In this document: piece after piece, positions 1 through 11,719 of the stretch
How positions within the stretch are numbered: position 1 is the first letter of the stretch
How the letters are laid out: each line of letters starts with the position of its first letter
Assembly: GCF_009914755.1 (NCBI RefSeq)
Contig: NC_060938.1
Length of the DNA stretch: 64,000 nt
Direction: 5' to 3' (one strand)
Origin: the human T2T-CHM13v2.0 reference genome, Homo sapiens
Program-made: the position numbers and the translations under genes
The notes under the pieces: model-generated
The model's database searches: none
Seen by the model: the letters and a program-made list of their open reading frames with translations, nothing else
What the model was told of the DNA's origin: nothing

Positions 1-465
1 ACTTTTTTCTCTACAATGTAACATTTTTAAGTCTCTATTTTCCATTTTTATCAGGCTTATTAATAAGTGTTAGATTAAGCTAGTTTTGGTCTAAGAGACA
101 CTTGAGTGTGTGTATTTCTGCCTATTCACATTCTTAGACCATGTTTCTCTTGCACTGTACTTTTTCTTATAATATGCTGTGCTTTTCTTTTGTTGAAAAC
201 ATTATCTCTTTTTCTTGGATATAAGCTGTAAATATTTTATATATTCTTTTCCAGTTTGACATTTGCCTTTAATGTAATTCAGGATTTTCCCTAGACATAT
301 TTTGCATTATTATTACTACTTAATGTATTCAAACATACTAGTTATTTATGGCTTCAGAGTTTCCCGTCATCCTTAAAAAGGCTTCCCTATCCTGTGATTT
401 TTTTTAAAAAAAAATCATGTTTTCCTCTAGTATTTTCATTCCTTTTTTATGTTTAACTCTAGATC
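1..465 (-). mobile_element. Old L1 (L1M/L1ME-like) fragment
   Basis: T-rich antisense L1 ORF2-like text (ttttcctctagtattttcatt...tttaactctagatct). Confidence 0.45.
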
Positions 466-627
466 TCTTCCAAACAGACAAACACACCCACACACCTACC
501 CATTCCCCTACACACACACTTTTTCTTTTTTAAAAAATTCAAATGATATGTTGCCCCCGCCATCCCCTAAATATGGCTTTATTAGACAACTGGTCCTGGT
601 ATTTAACTGCTCACAATTAAAAGGACT

Positions 628-760
628 AGAGATGGGATCTCACTTTATTTTCCAGGCTCCAGTCTGGAGTGCAGTGGCACAATCATAGCTCTCTATCACC
701 TCGAATTCCTGGACTCAGGAGATCCTGCCTCAGCCTCCTAGTTTTTGATTTTTTTTTTTT
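628..760 (-). mobile_element. Degenerate Alu monomer (AluJ/FLAM-like)
   Basis: ctggagtgcagtggcacaatcatagctc...ctcagcctcc. Confidence 0.7.
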
Positions 761-774
761 AATAGATATTGTCA

Positions 775-1100
<326 letters not shown>

Positions 1101-1677
1101 TCAGACATCGATCTATCTCATTACTCAAACAAAAAAGCAAGTTAATTCTTGTGTACAATTCATTAAATATTGTATAACCCACGTTATAGTGGCTGTAGCA
1201 GGAAGTTACTACATTCAAGGTTAAACTTTTTATAGGTGTTTTACTATGATTAAAAATATGATTTTCTAGATATTTAGCTTGCAATGTTTTAAAATGTTTT
1301 CCAGACTAAATCTCCAACTGTGGAGATTTGTGGAGAGCTCTATGGGACAGGATTCTGGATGCTCTATCACCTGTTCATCTGCATGCTACAGCCAATCCAA
1401 TGCTACTTTTTCATGTTCATCATATTATACTAAAAAATTGTAAACCGACTCAAAAGTAAAAAAATGGTTTAGTAAGGCCATATATACTTATCACACAGCT
1501 TCAACAAATGATAATTTGCCATTTATAGTTCCCCTATCCTCCCTCTCACCTTTAAATAATTTATTTTTATTTTATTGGTCTTAAATTCAAGACATATCAT
1601 ATTCTCTGTAAATACTTCAGTATGAATCTCTAACAAACACATTTTTTAAAACCACCATAATCCATTTTTAAACCTTG

Positions 1678-1900
1678 TAATATAAACAAAATAATATAAT
1701 ATATAAGGTATATATGATATAATAAAATATATAATTAATATATTATATATGGTATATAATATATAATAAAATATATAATTAATATAATATAAAATTAACA
1801 AGCTGTGTTCAATTAATATAATATAAAATAAAATATAATTAAATATGCTATGAAATAATAATTTAATGTAATATGAAATAACCAATATAGTTTAATATAA
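1678..1900. repeat. AT-rich low-complexity tract
   Basis: Nearly pure A/T (ATATAAT-like units). Confidence 0.9.
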
Positions 1901-2521
1901 CCAAGTTGTGTTCCTCTATTGTCTCAAAATATCTTTTTAAGTATTTTTTTTTCAATTAGAATCTGGACAAGGTCTATCCATTGCATAAGGATGACATGAC
2001 CATTAAGTATCTTAATTAATCTATAAAATTCACCCCTCTCCCCCCATCCCATGTCAGCTATTAGGTGATTTGCCTTATAGATTTTCATACATTATGTATT
2101 TTAGTGATTATATTTTGATGCCAATTAATACATTTCTCTATCCAGGTATTTTCCAGAATTTGTAATTCATTCTAGAGGCTTAATTGTGTTTATTTCCATT
2201 TTTAAAATGTATTTGATAACAGAGCATGAATAAATCATGGATAGCACTGTTAGTGCTTAGTGCTTATCAAGAGGCACGTAGAGGTATATACTGTCTGGTT
2301 GCACCATTCTTAGGTTAGGACTTATCAGAGAATCTAGGTATTGTCATACTGATCCATCCATTTTTAATTTCCTCAACATATTTCAACTAATGATTTTAGC
2401 AGTCATTGATGATCACGGCATAAATCCATTATTTTTTAGGTGTTGTAAAATGCTGATTTTTGAATTCTGTAATTTCTTCAGTATGTATTAATTGAAATTC
2501 ATCTGTAAAGAAGACACTTTC

Positions 2522-2812
2522 GGCTAGGCACAGTGACTCATGCCTGTAATCCCAGCACTTTGGGAGACCGAGGTGAGCCGATCACCTGAGGTCGGAAGCT
2601 CGAGACCAACCTGGCCAACATGGTGAAACTCCATCTCTACTAAAAATACAAAAATTAGTCGGGTGTGGCGGCGCGCCTGTTGTCCCAGCTACTCGGGAGG
2701 CTGAGGCACAAGAATCGCTTGAACCCGGGAGGCGGAGGTTGCAGAGCCAAGATCGCACCACTGAACTCCAGCCTGGGCTGCAGAGCTCCGTCTCGGGGAA
2801 AAAAAAAAAAAA
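2522..2812 (+). mobile_element. AluS, full length
   Basis: Dimeric Alu; TSD AAGACACTTTC at 2511-2521 and 2813-2823. Confidence 0.93.
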
Positions 2813-3143
2813 AAGACACTTTCTTCAACAATTATTTGGATACCTTGAAATGATGTTTGTATAGAAAAGTCAGGAAAATGCTAGACTCTTTATTATCATT
2901 TTTCTGAAAAACGAATATATGCATAAGCATTCTAAATGTGGCCATTCATTCTTTTTGTTGTTGTTGTTGTTTTCATGGGCTGGTGTTATTATATACTAAT
3001 AGATACTGATATATTTGACATTAATGCAGTCACTTGAGGTTCATGCAACTTTCCATGGAATAATACTAAATAAATAGTTGACCTGAAGAGCTAGAAATTC
3101 CCACTTAAATGTTCATGGACAGATGTTTACAAAAATTCAAACA

Positions 3144-3474
3144 GGGTAGGGTGTGGTGGCTCACGCCTGTAATCCCAGCACTTTGGGAGGCTGAGGCAGA
3201 CAGTTCACGAGGTCAGGAGATTGAGACCATCCTGGCTAACACGGTGAAACCCCGTCTCTATTAAAAATAAACACACACACACACACACACAAATTAGCCG
3301 GGTGTGGCGGCAGGCGCCGGTAGTCCCAGCTATTCGGGAGGCTGAGGCAGGAGAATGGAGTGAACCAGGGAGGTGGAGCTTCAGTGAGCCGAGATAGGGC
3401 CACTGCACTCCAGCCTGGGTGACAGAGCAAGAATGTGTCTCAAAAAAAAAAACAAAAAACAAAAAACAAAAAAC
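3144..3474 (+). mobile_element. AluY-like element with (CA)n in the central linker
   Basis: accatcctggctaacacggtgaaacccc diagnostic; (AC)10 at 3271-3290; (A5C)n tail. Confidence 0.92.
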
Positions 3475-3509
3475 AGGTAATCAGTTCTATACAACCTGTC
3501 ATCTTTTTA

Positions 3510-3711
<202 letters not shown>

Positions 3712-4719
3712 CATACATTTTTTAAATGGAAAGGCAGTGAAAATGTCTATTGTTCAAATGTACACTCCAAAAATCTCTTTAGTGATGAAGTCATCACATA
3801 TCAAAGGTCTTTGTTACATTATTATGCTTATGGCTATTAATTTTGGGCAAATATTGAATGCTTATTTTAAATGTATAGATTGTGGTAACAGAGAAAGGAA
3901 GGAGAAGTGAGGGTTAGGGAAAGAAATAGAAAGCAAAAGAGAGGAAAACATATTGAGGGAAAGGGCAATAAGTTGGTAGATGAGGGCAAAAGTTCACAAA
4001 GAATGAATGGAATTTCAATCAGTCCTCTACCTTCAAGAAAAGTAAATTAAAATGAGATTTGGAAAGGGATAGCATGAATACTGGTATGCTCTTCTGAGAA
4101 GATGCTTCACTCAACTCTATTTTTTGCTATTTAATGCAATAAAATTTAAAATTTTAATATTTGGTGATACGGTACACTTTGTGTGTGTTTTGCATGTCAC
4201 CTAGAACATAACCTTATACATATGTATACTTCATGCATCTACAGTGCAGTTAGGAAGAAACATTACATGAATACCATTTTGTTACATTTGATGCAAGTTA
4301 CAAAAGCAACCAGGTAAACTGTAAATAAAATTCCAAAGAGAGAAACAATTATGCATTCTGCCATAAATTTAAATCTTTTTGATGCTCGGTGCTTGTCATT
4401 GTCAAATTCTCAAACCCCATTTTCAGGAGACTATACTTTTGTTTTTGCTTTGTCTTTTAAGAAATGATGATAATCCTGTAGTGCTATTTTTAAAAAATAA
4501 TAACAAAAATTAACCACCAGCTTTCCTTTCTATAGTCGTTTTAATAAATAAACAGCAAGACAGTGGAAAAGTCCTGGAGTTAGTTACATTGGCTGTGCTT
4601 TTGATGGGTGACGATAATAAAATCTGAACAAGTCAAGTAAGATCATTTCAATCTACAAAGCTGGAAAGTATGCAAATCCTAAAAAGGGGACAAAGTGTAT
4701 AAACGTGTGAAGACATAGA

Positions 4720-4840
4720 GCAGTAGAGTGGAAGCAGCTTGAAGTCAGCACTTTGGTAGCCTCTGTCCCCAACAATCTAGGTGGCCTTGGTCTTGTCACT
4801 TAATTTTTCTAGCCTTAGTCTGCATATTCATGAAATGCAA
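4720..4840 (+). mobile_element. MIR fragment
   Basis: ggccttggtcttgtcacttaatttttctagccttagtctgcatattcatgaaatg resembles the MIR core. Confidence 0.55.
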
Positions 4841-6767
4841 AGGAACAAATAAGGTAAAATAAAAGTTTCATCAAAATTTTGTTTTTCTAATAAAATATAA
4901 GAAGAAGCACCCATCCCAAATAACTTAAAAGAGACAATCCTCAGAGAGGGCAGTTATGATTAATTAAGTAGAATTTGGAATAGAGACATGCAAAGTCAGC
5001 TTAATGAAGCCAAATTGTTAACACATCTCTGGGACTTGAGTGTAATGTGACTGAATGTATTAATATTAATATGGCTAAAGAAAGAATGTGTCAATCAAAA
5101 CAGTAATTGGTCAGCCCTGAGAATGGAAAAACAAACTTGTGGGTGGACAGCTTGGCAAGTAGTACCTATTTGAGAACTGTGTGAGAGAGAAACTCTTTGC
5201 CATTGGACTCAAGCCCATGGTTTCCTACTCCATAGTAGGTAAGATGGCCTTCAGGTACCCCAGCCGAAAGTTTTTGCTTGTCAACCTGATACTATTTGGT
5301 TTCTTGGTTGACTTGCATGCATTCTCATTATTTCTCAAACATAATGAGAAATGTCCCCAACCTGATTTTTGGATCATTTGTACATGTGTCAGCCTTTATG
5401 AGTCTGGAAAATGCAAACCCATCTCTAATCTACTCCATTATACTAACAAAACCATATTTATGAACTTGTAAAATGAATATTAGAACCTGGAGTGGCCTTA
5501 TTTTACCAAGGTTAATGCTCTCCTGTGGTAAGAAACTGCCTAAGAAGCAAGCCAGCATTACCCAGATGATATATCTTTGACTGTCTGCCTGTACCTAGGC
5601 AGCTACTGACTTAGCTTATCGGTATGTCTAATAGTATATTAAATATAGTTTTTAGTTTAATCCATGAACATACCAAATCTCTACAGAGGTGGACTAGAAT
5701 GCTTAGCAATGTTCAGACTGCTAAACATAATGTTACAGAGTGCCATCACAATATTGGAACATTTACCAACTCTATTAACTAACATATTGGCCAAGTCAAT
5801 ATGTTGCTCTCCAGAGAGGGGATCCAAAGATATATTAGAGAAGTTTATACTTCATAGAATGTATGACTTACGGATCACCCATGCATCCTATTTCATGCAT
5901 CCAAATTCTCTCTGCCTCTAAAGGAATTAAATTTACCCTTGGGCTTTCTGTTTTGTGCCAGAGACAATGTTCCCTCAAAGCCTTCTAGCAAAATTAACTA
6001 TGGCTAGTTGTCAGTATGAAGTTGAATGTTTTAGCATACACTTTTTGTAACTCTGTTTTATTTTCTACTAAATTGATTTTTTTTCCTTTTCTAACAAAAA
6101 AAGCTTTCATCATCTCTGTATTATTAAGACACAGGATTATAACTTTTTAGTTTGGTGTAAGCAATAAATCATAAGCAGTAAATTTAGAGATATTGTCTAA
6201 AAATTTATTACTTTGTGAATATGTTCCAATGACTTGAGATCCCAATGTTTCACCATTACATCTGTACTTTAAACTGTGTGCTGTTGTCAAAAGTAATGTA
6301 GAGGGTTTAAAGCTAGAATTTTCTCTGACTGAAGGGCTTTAATAGCTTCATATTATTGAGTCCCATTTCCCAAGTGTCTTTAAGTCCAAGCTGGGTAGTA
6401 AAATAAGAAGACAAATTAAGTCTTCTAAGCCATCAAGGGAGCATTTAATACATTCCTACAGGCATTGAGGTATATGGCTTCCAACAGTACCTCACGGACA
6501 TAAGTAAATCGGAAGATTTCCTTATTAAATGCTTAATTCTTAGAGGTAAATAGCAGAAGCACAGGCAAATACAATTCAGTATTTTCCAAAAGCAGCATAA
6601 TTAATTAAAATACTAAATTAACCAAATTCACAGGACTAGAAAGTGGAGACATTAGATTTTAAAACCATGCCATTTGACTGAAAAGTAATAATGCCTGTCA
6701 TATTCACTCATTAAATAAATATTTGAGACCTACTACGTGTGAAGCTTTTATGTTTAGGGTCCTATAT

Positions 6768-6818
6768 TGTGTGTCTGTGTGTGTGTGTGTGTTTGCATTG
6801 TGTGTGTGATATATATAT
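6768..6818. repeat. (TG)n/(TA)n microsatellite
   Basis: Directly visible. Confidence 0.85.
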
Positions 6819-6819
6819 A

Positions 6820-7435
6820 ACTTTTAATTCTTTTTAATTTTTATGGATACCTAATACTTTTACGTATTTGTGGAGTACATGTGATGTTTTGATACAAGCA
6901 TACAGTATGTAATAATCAAAGCTGAGTAATTGGAAGTAACAATCACCTCATTTATCATTTATTTAAGTTAGGAACATTCCCAATCTACGGTTTGAATTGT
7001 TTTGAAATGTAGAAAAATTTATTGTGAACCATAGTCACCCTATTGTGCTACCAAACATTAGATCTTATTCCTTCTATCAAACTGTATGTTTTACACACTA
7101 ACCAAACCCTCTTTATCCCACCTTCCCTATTCCCCTTCCCACCCTCTGGTAACCTCCATTCTATTCACTGCTTCCATGAGATTAGTTTATTTGTAGCTCT
7201 TACATGTTAGTGAGAACATGTAACATCTGTCTTTCTGTGCCTGTTTTATTTCACTTAGCATAATGCCCTCCAGTTCCATCCATGGTGTAGCAAATGATGT
7301 GACTTCATTCTTTTTTGTGTGGTGGAATAACATTCCATTGTGTGTTTATACACTACATGTCCATTATCCATTCATCCACCGGAGGACATTTCGGTTGATT
7401 CTGTATCTTGGCTATTGTGAATGGTGCTGCAATAG
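6820..7435 (-). mobile_element. L1MA-type 3' end
   Basis: Typical antisense L1 3'UTR (gtacatgtgatgttttgatac...tcacttagcataatgccctccagttccatccatg...cttggctattgtgaatggtgctgcaat). Confidence 0.88.
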
Positions 7436-7546
7436 ATCCCATATATTTTACCCTCCAGAGCAGGACACTTTTTGAAATAGAGAGAGAATGCTATTGAAAA
7501 GTATAGTGGAACAACAGCCACAAACCAGGACTATCTCAGGCATATC

Positions 7547-7548
<2 letters not shown>

Positions 7549-7584
<36 letters not shown>

Positions 7585-7604
7585 TATATGTATATATATA
7601 TATA
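7549..7604. repeat. (TA)n microsatellite
   Basis: (TA)15 followed by an interrupted TA run. Confidence 0.95.
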
Positions 7605-7729
7605 CTTTACTATGATAGAAAATGAGAATGCAACATGAAGTCCCTGTTCTCTAAGAATTTGTAGTTCACTGAAAGACAGAAAATTTGAAAATAATTTGAT
7701 TATTCTCTTTTATAATTCTACGATAATCA

Positions 7730-7940
7730 TTATTATCCAGAGTTTTAAGTCTTTCCTTGTGTGACTTTATTTGATCATTAAATAACTGTATTATATACTT
7801 ACTGTAACTATTCTTATGTTACACAAGAGGAAAACAAGTAAAAGAGAGGTTAAATAAATTAACTAAATTCACAGGGCTAGAAAGTGGAGACAGTAGAATT
7901 TAAAACCATGCTGTTTGACTCCAAAGCCTATAATCTCATT
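7730..7940 (-). mobile_element. MIR
   Basis: gaggaaaac...agagaggttaaataaattaactaaattcacagggctagaaagtggaga...tgactccaaagcc. Confidence 0.7.
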
Positions 7941-8159
7941 CACTCCCCCAAACAGCGTCCTGTGATATATGCCAAGCCTTTTAAACCAACCAAAGCTTTT
8001 GGGAAGAGGTGACAAATAAGGTGTTTACTTAGTTAGCAAAGAGGAAGGGGTGGGAACAAGTAGAAGGGACCACAAATATAGTCAGTAGGAAAAGCACTGT
8101 CGCTTCCTTCAATATTAATGATGCATACCAGTCATATTTATCATGTTCCACTTATTAAT

Positions 8160-8372
8160 ATTTTATCAACAAATAGTTGAAAAATATGAATTATATATTT
8201 ATGGTGTACAATGTGATGTTTTGATATATGTATACATTGTAAAGTGGTTAAATCAAGTTAATTACTATATCCATAGCTTCACATAGTTTTCATATAAGAT
8301 CTACCTCCTTAGCAATTTTCAAGTATACAACATATTATTATTAACTATAGTCACAATGCTGTACAATAGACC
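8160..8372 (-). mobile_element. L1MA-type 3' end fragment
   Basis: tttatggtgtacaatgtgatgttttgatatatgtatacattg...attaactatagtcacaatgctgtacaataga. Confidence 0.82.
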
Positions 8373-8442
8373 CTTTAAAGGTAGCCTTAGAATTTGTTCA
8401 GTAAAAGTATGGATTATCTAATTTCAATGAATAAATAATATA

Positions 8443-8880
8443 TGTTACAGGTTGATTATGTGCCCCTAAAGCATACACTGAAGTCCTAATTCCTAGTACC
8501 TCACAACGTGATGTTACTCGGAAATAAGGTGTTGCAGGTATAACTAGTTGAGATGAGGATACTGGAATAGAGTGAGCCCTTAATCCAATCCACCAGTGTC
8601 GTTACAAGAAGAGGAAAACCCCATGTGAAGACAAGCATGTGATAACAGAGGCAGAGATTGGAGTGATGAAGCTGAAAGCCATGGGACACCTAGGATTGCC
8701 AGCTACCCCCAGAAGCTGGGAAGAGGCAAGGAAGGATTCTACCCAGAATCTCAGAGGGATGATGGCCCTCCTGACACCGTAATTTCAGAATTCTAGCCTC
8801 CAAACGGAGAGGGAATACATTCCTGTTTTAAGCACTTTCTTTGTGATACTTTCTTATGGAAGCCCAAGGGAAGTAATACA
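8443..8880 (+). mobile_element. MaLR solo LTR (MLT1B/C-like)
   Basis: TG...ACA ends; gaggcagagattggagtgatg, ccagaagctgggaagaggcaaggaaggattct. Confidence 0.85.
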
Positions 8881-10055
8881 AGGCACTATCACACAATTCA
8901 GGCACTTGCCCAATTTTGGAATTTGAGAACCATTTAGACTCCACGGATGTTAGCAGATATAAAATTTACATATCTCATGAAATATGTTTACATTCATTCT
9001 GTGCAGTAGCAGACATCATGCTTTTGTGCTATTTCAGAAAATTCTTTTCAAAATGACCTGTAAGTTTGACTGACTACAGTACATCTTCCTGAAGACATCA
9101 CAAAGAGTTATTCAAAATGGAGAGTTGTTCTGATTATGTATCGTATCAACACAAAAAATTCACGTCAATTTGATACCATATTGCAGACCCAGATGCACAA
9201 AAGTTAATTTTTAAAAATACAGAATTTCTATGAAATCCACCAGTGAAGGCACTAATTAACCAAGGATCATGTTCTGCTCAAGCTTATCCAGCATCATTTA
9301 ATGATTTCTGCCAAAGGCGAGTAAGTAAACAAGAAGGGGCCAGGTTGTAGAAGATAATGTTTTCTCATGTACCACAAGAAGCAGAAAAAGGAAGAAATCA
9401 ATGTTTGCTGATGGAAAAGGATAAAACTGCCAGGAAAATAAATGTTATTTTTAGTTTTTTTGTTAAGACCTTGGCATTAAAAGGAAGTCAAAATAAAAGA
9501 TTAACAATTCCTTAAAAAAAGAATTGATTGAATCATTCTTAATAACTGTTTTCTTATTTTTCGGTTCTGGAAATACATTTTATAGGCACTTTCCTTGTGT
9601 AGTATAAGTTAACTTTTTCAGATCACAGAAAGATTGTTATTCCTTACTGATTTTGTTTGAAGCATCTTGCAGCTTTTCAGAAAATGGCTGTGATGAGCGT
9701 AATTTAGAATAAATGTATCATGTTTACAACCAGCAGTTGTATAGATTATTAATTACCACTGACGGCATATTCCTTAGCATAGAAGCAGATAGGCAGTATT
9801 TTCTATATTTGTAAGTTATTAAACTTAAGTCTGAAACCTCCTTTAAAGTCATTTTAATGAGTGTTTCATTAGATTAGAGATTTGAAAACTCAAGTAAATT
9901 AATTGTCTTAATTGGCATCTTTAATGTGCTAACCAAAAGTGAAAAGGATAAATTGTGTTCAATAGGACCACAAGTAGATTGCTACTATATTTATTTCATG
10001 CTACCTTTTTAAAATAATAGGGGTGGATATAACAAATAACTCATACTTTCTGGAC

Positions 10056-10057
<2 letters not shown>

Positions 10058-10100
<43 letters not shown>

Positions 10101-10101
10101 C
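10058..10101. repeat. (CA)n microsatellite
   Basis: Directly visible. Confidence 0.95.
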
Positions 10102-10884
10102 TCTCATACTTAAGGCATATACATAATACAGACTCATATACTAGATCAATTAATTTGATTATCATTTCATGATTAAAAAAGTCTCTTCAGGCTATGCTGA
10201 AGTTGGTTAATCTGAGGAACAAAAACATATTGTGAAATATCTACCATTTGGTGATCTTCCTACTTAAATAATACATTTCTGAACTATGTCAATAAGAGTC
10301 TTCAAATAATAAAAATACAAAATCCAATTCATCGATGTTCATGTAACTGTTCAGAATTTCCACATTAAAAAAATTACAACTGTTTTCCTTAAAATGATAT
10401 ATTTATAACTATGAGCAATGCAATCAATAGATTTTCAATTCTATGTTGACAGATGGTATTTCTTTCTTCTTGAAACGCCCTGATAATCTTCAAATACTTA
10501 TTTCATATCAACTCTTGTAGTAAAACAATGGTTCTGACCTTATCCTTCTACCTATATAATATTTTTCATTAAAATACATAGATTTCACAGAGAGACATCT
10601 AATTTCAAATTTTCAACTAAGTTGTATATCTAATTATTTTGATTCTGAGTTTTCAGATCCATTTTCTGAGCTCCCACATGATCCAATTTTGACCATCAGA
10701 AAATGTGAGTGGCAAAGTTGTTAGGACCAAACAAATCCTTACTTTGCATTTATATCATAAATCTCTATCACACAAAATTCCTTGTGCATGAACTTGCAAA
10801 CGTAAAATGCTTAGATTTAGTTCAAGTAAAAGACATTTTTTTTAAGAGATGAGAAGAACAAACAAGGAAAATATAGCCCTATAC

Positions 10885-11251
10885 TGCTATGCTCTGAATA
10901 TGTGTCCCTCCCCAGAATTCATTCATATTTTGGAATCCTAATCCCCAGTAGGATGGTATTAGTAGACGGGGCCTATGGGAGGTGATTAGGTCACAAGGGT
11001 AGAGACCTCATGAATGGGATTAGTACCCTTAAAAAGGAGACCCTAGAGAGCTTGTGCACCCTTTCTGCCATATGAGATTAAAATAAAAAGGAGAACAAGT
11101 ATGAGAAAGCAAGCCCTCATCATACATGGAATCTGCAGGTGCCTTAATCTTGGATTTCTCAGCCCCCAGGACTGTCAAAAATAAATTTCTATTGTTTATA
11201 AGCCACCCAGTTTATGTTATTTTGTTATAGCAGTCCAGACAGACTTAGAAA
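10885..11251 (+). mobile_element. MaLR solo LTR (MLT1A-like)
   Basis: tgctatgctctgaat...gggaggtgattaggtcac...ctcatgaatgggattag...aataaatttctattgtttataagccacccag. Confidence 0.85.
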
Positions 11252-11429
11252 TATATTCATGCTAATTATGTTACATAAAGGTCTTAAGAAATAAAAACAA
11301 AATTTCACTAAACATTATACCCTGGCTAATGACTTATGGCTTTTCTTTACAAGTCTATAAGAAAATAAAAGTACAATAATTCTGAATCACAGTTAAGCAA
11401 CACAGGTCAGCAGCAAAGAAGAAGATACT

Positions 11430-11700
11430 AGGGTCACATGTATGGATACACTCCTCATTGAGCTTGAAAATTCTATAAAAAGGAGTTTATTTTGGGAAAT
11501 AATCCCAGGGAAACCATGTAGAGGATTTAGAACAGTGACACAAAGAATGAAAAAAAAAAAACACAATATAAGAAAGTGTGATTCCTCTGGTCATTGCTTA
11601 GAGTAACAGACTCCATTCTACTGTGAATCTCTGAGAAGACATGTAGAATGTGCCCAGAACTCCCTGACCAAGGGACAACAAAGGGAGCATGTATCAACTA
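11430..11700 (-). mobile_element. ERVL-class LTR remnant (LTR16-like)
   Basis: ggagtttattttgggaaataatcccaggg resembles the antisense of an LTR16-type poly(A) region; abuts the ERVL internal relic. Confidence 0.45.
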
Positions 11701-11719
11701 AAACCTACTTTTAATTAAC

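Larger units (their letters stand above)
1410..3000 (-). mobile_element. Old L1 3' region (L1MC4-like), interrupted by an AT-rich tract and an Alu
   Basis: Recognisable L1MC-type text (gatccatccatt...cagtcattgatgatca...ctgtaaagaagac). Confidence 0.5.
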
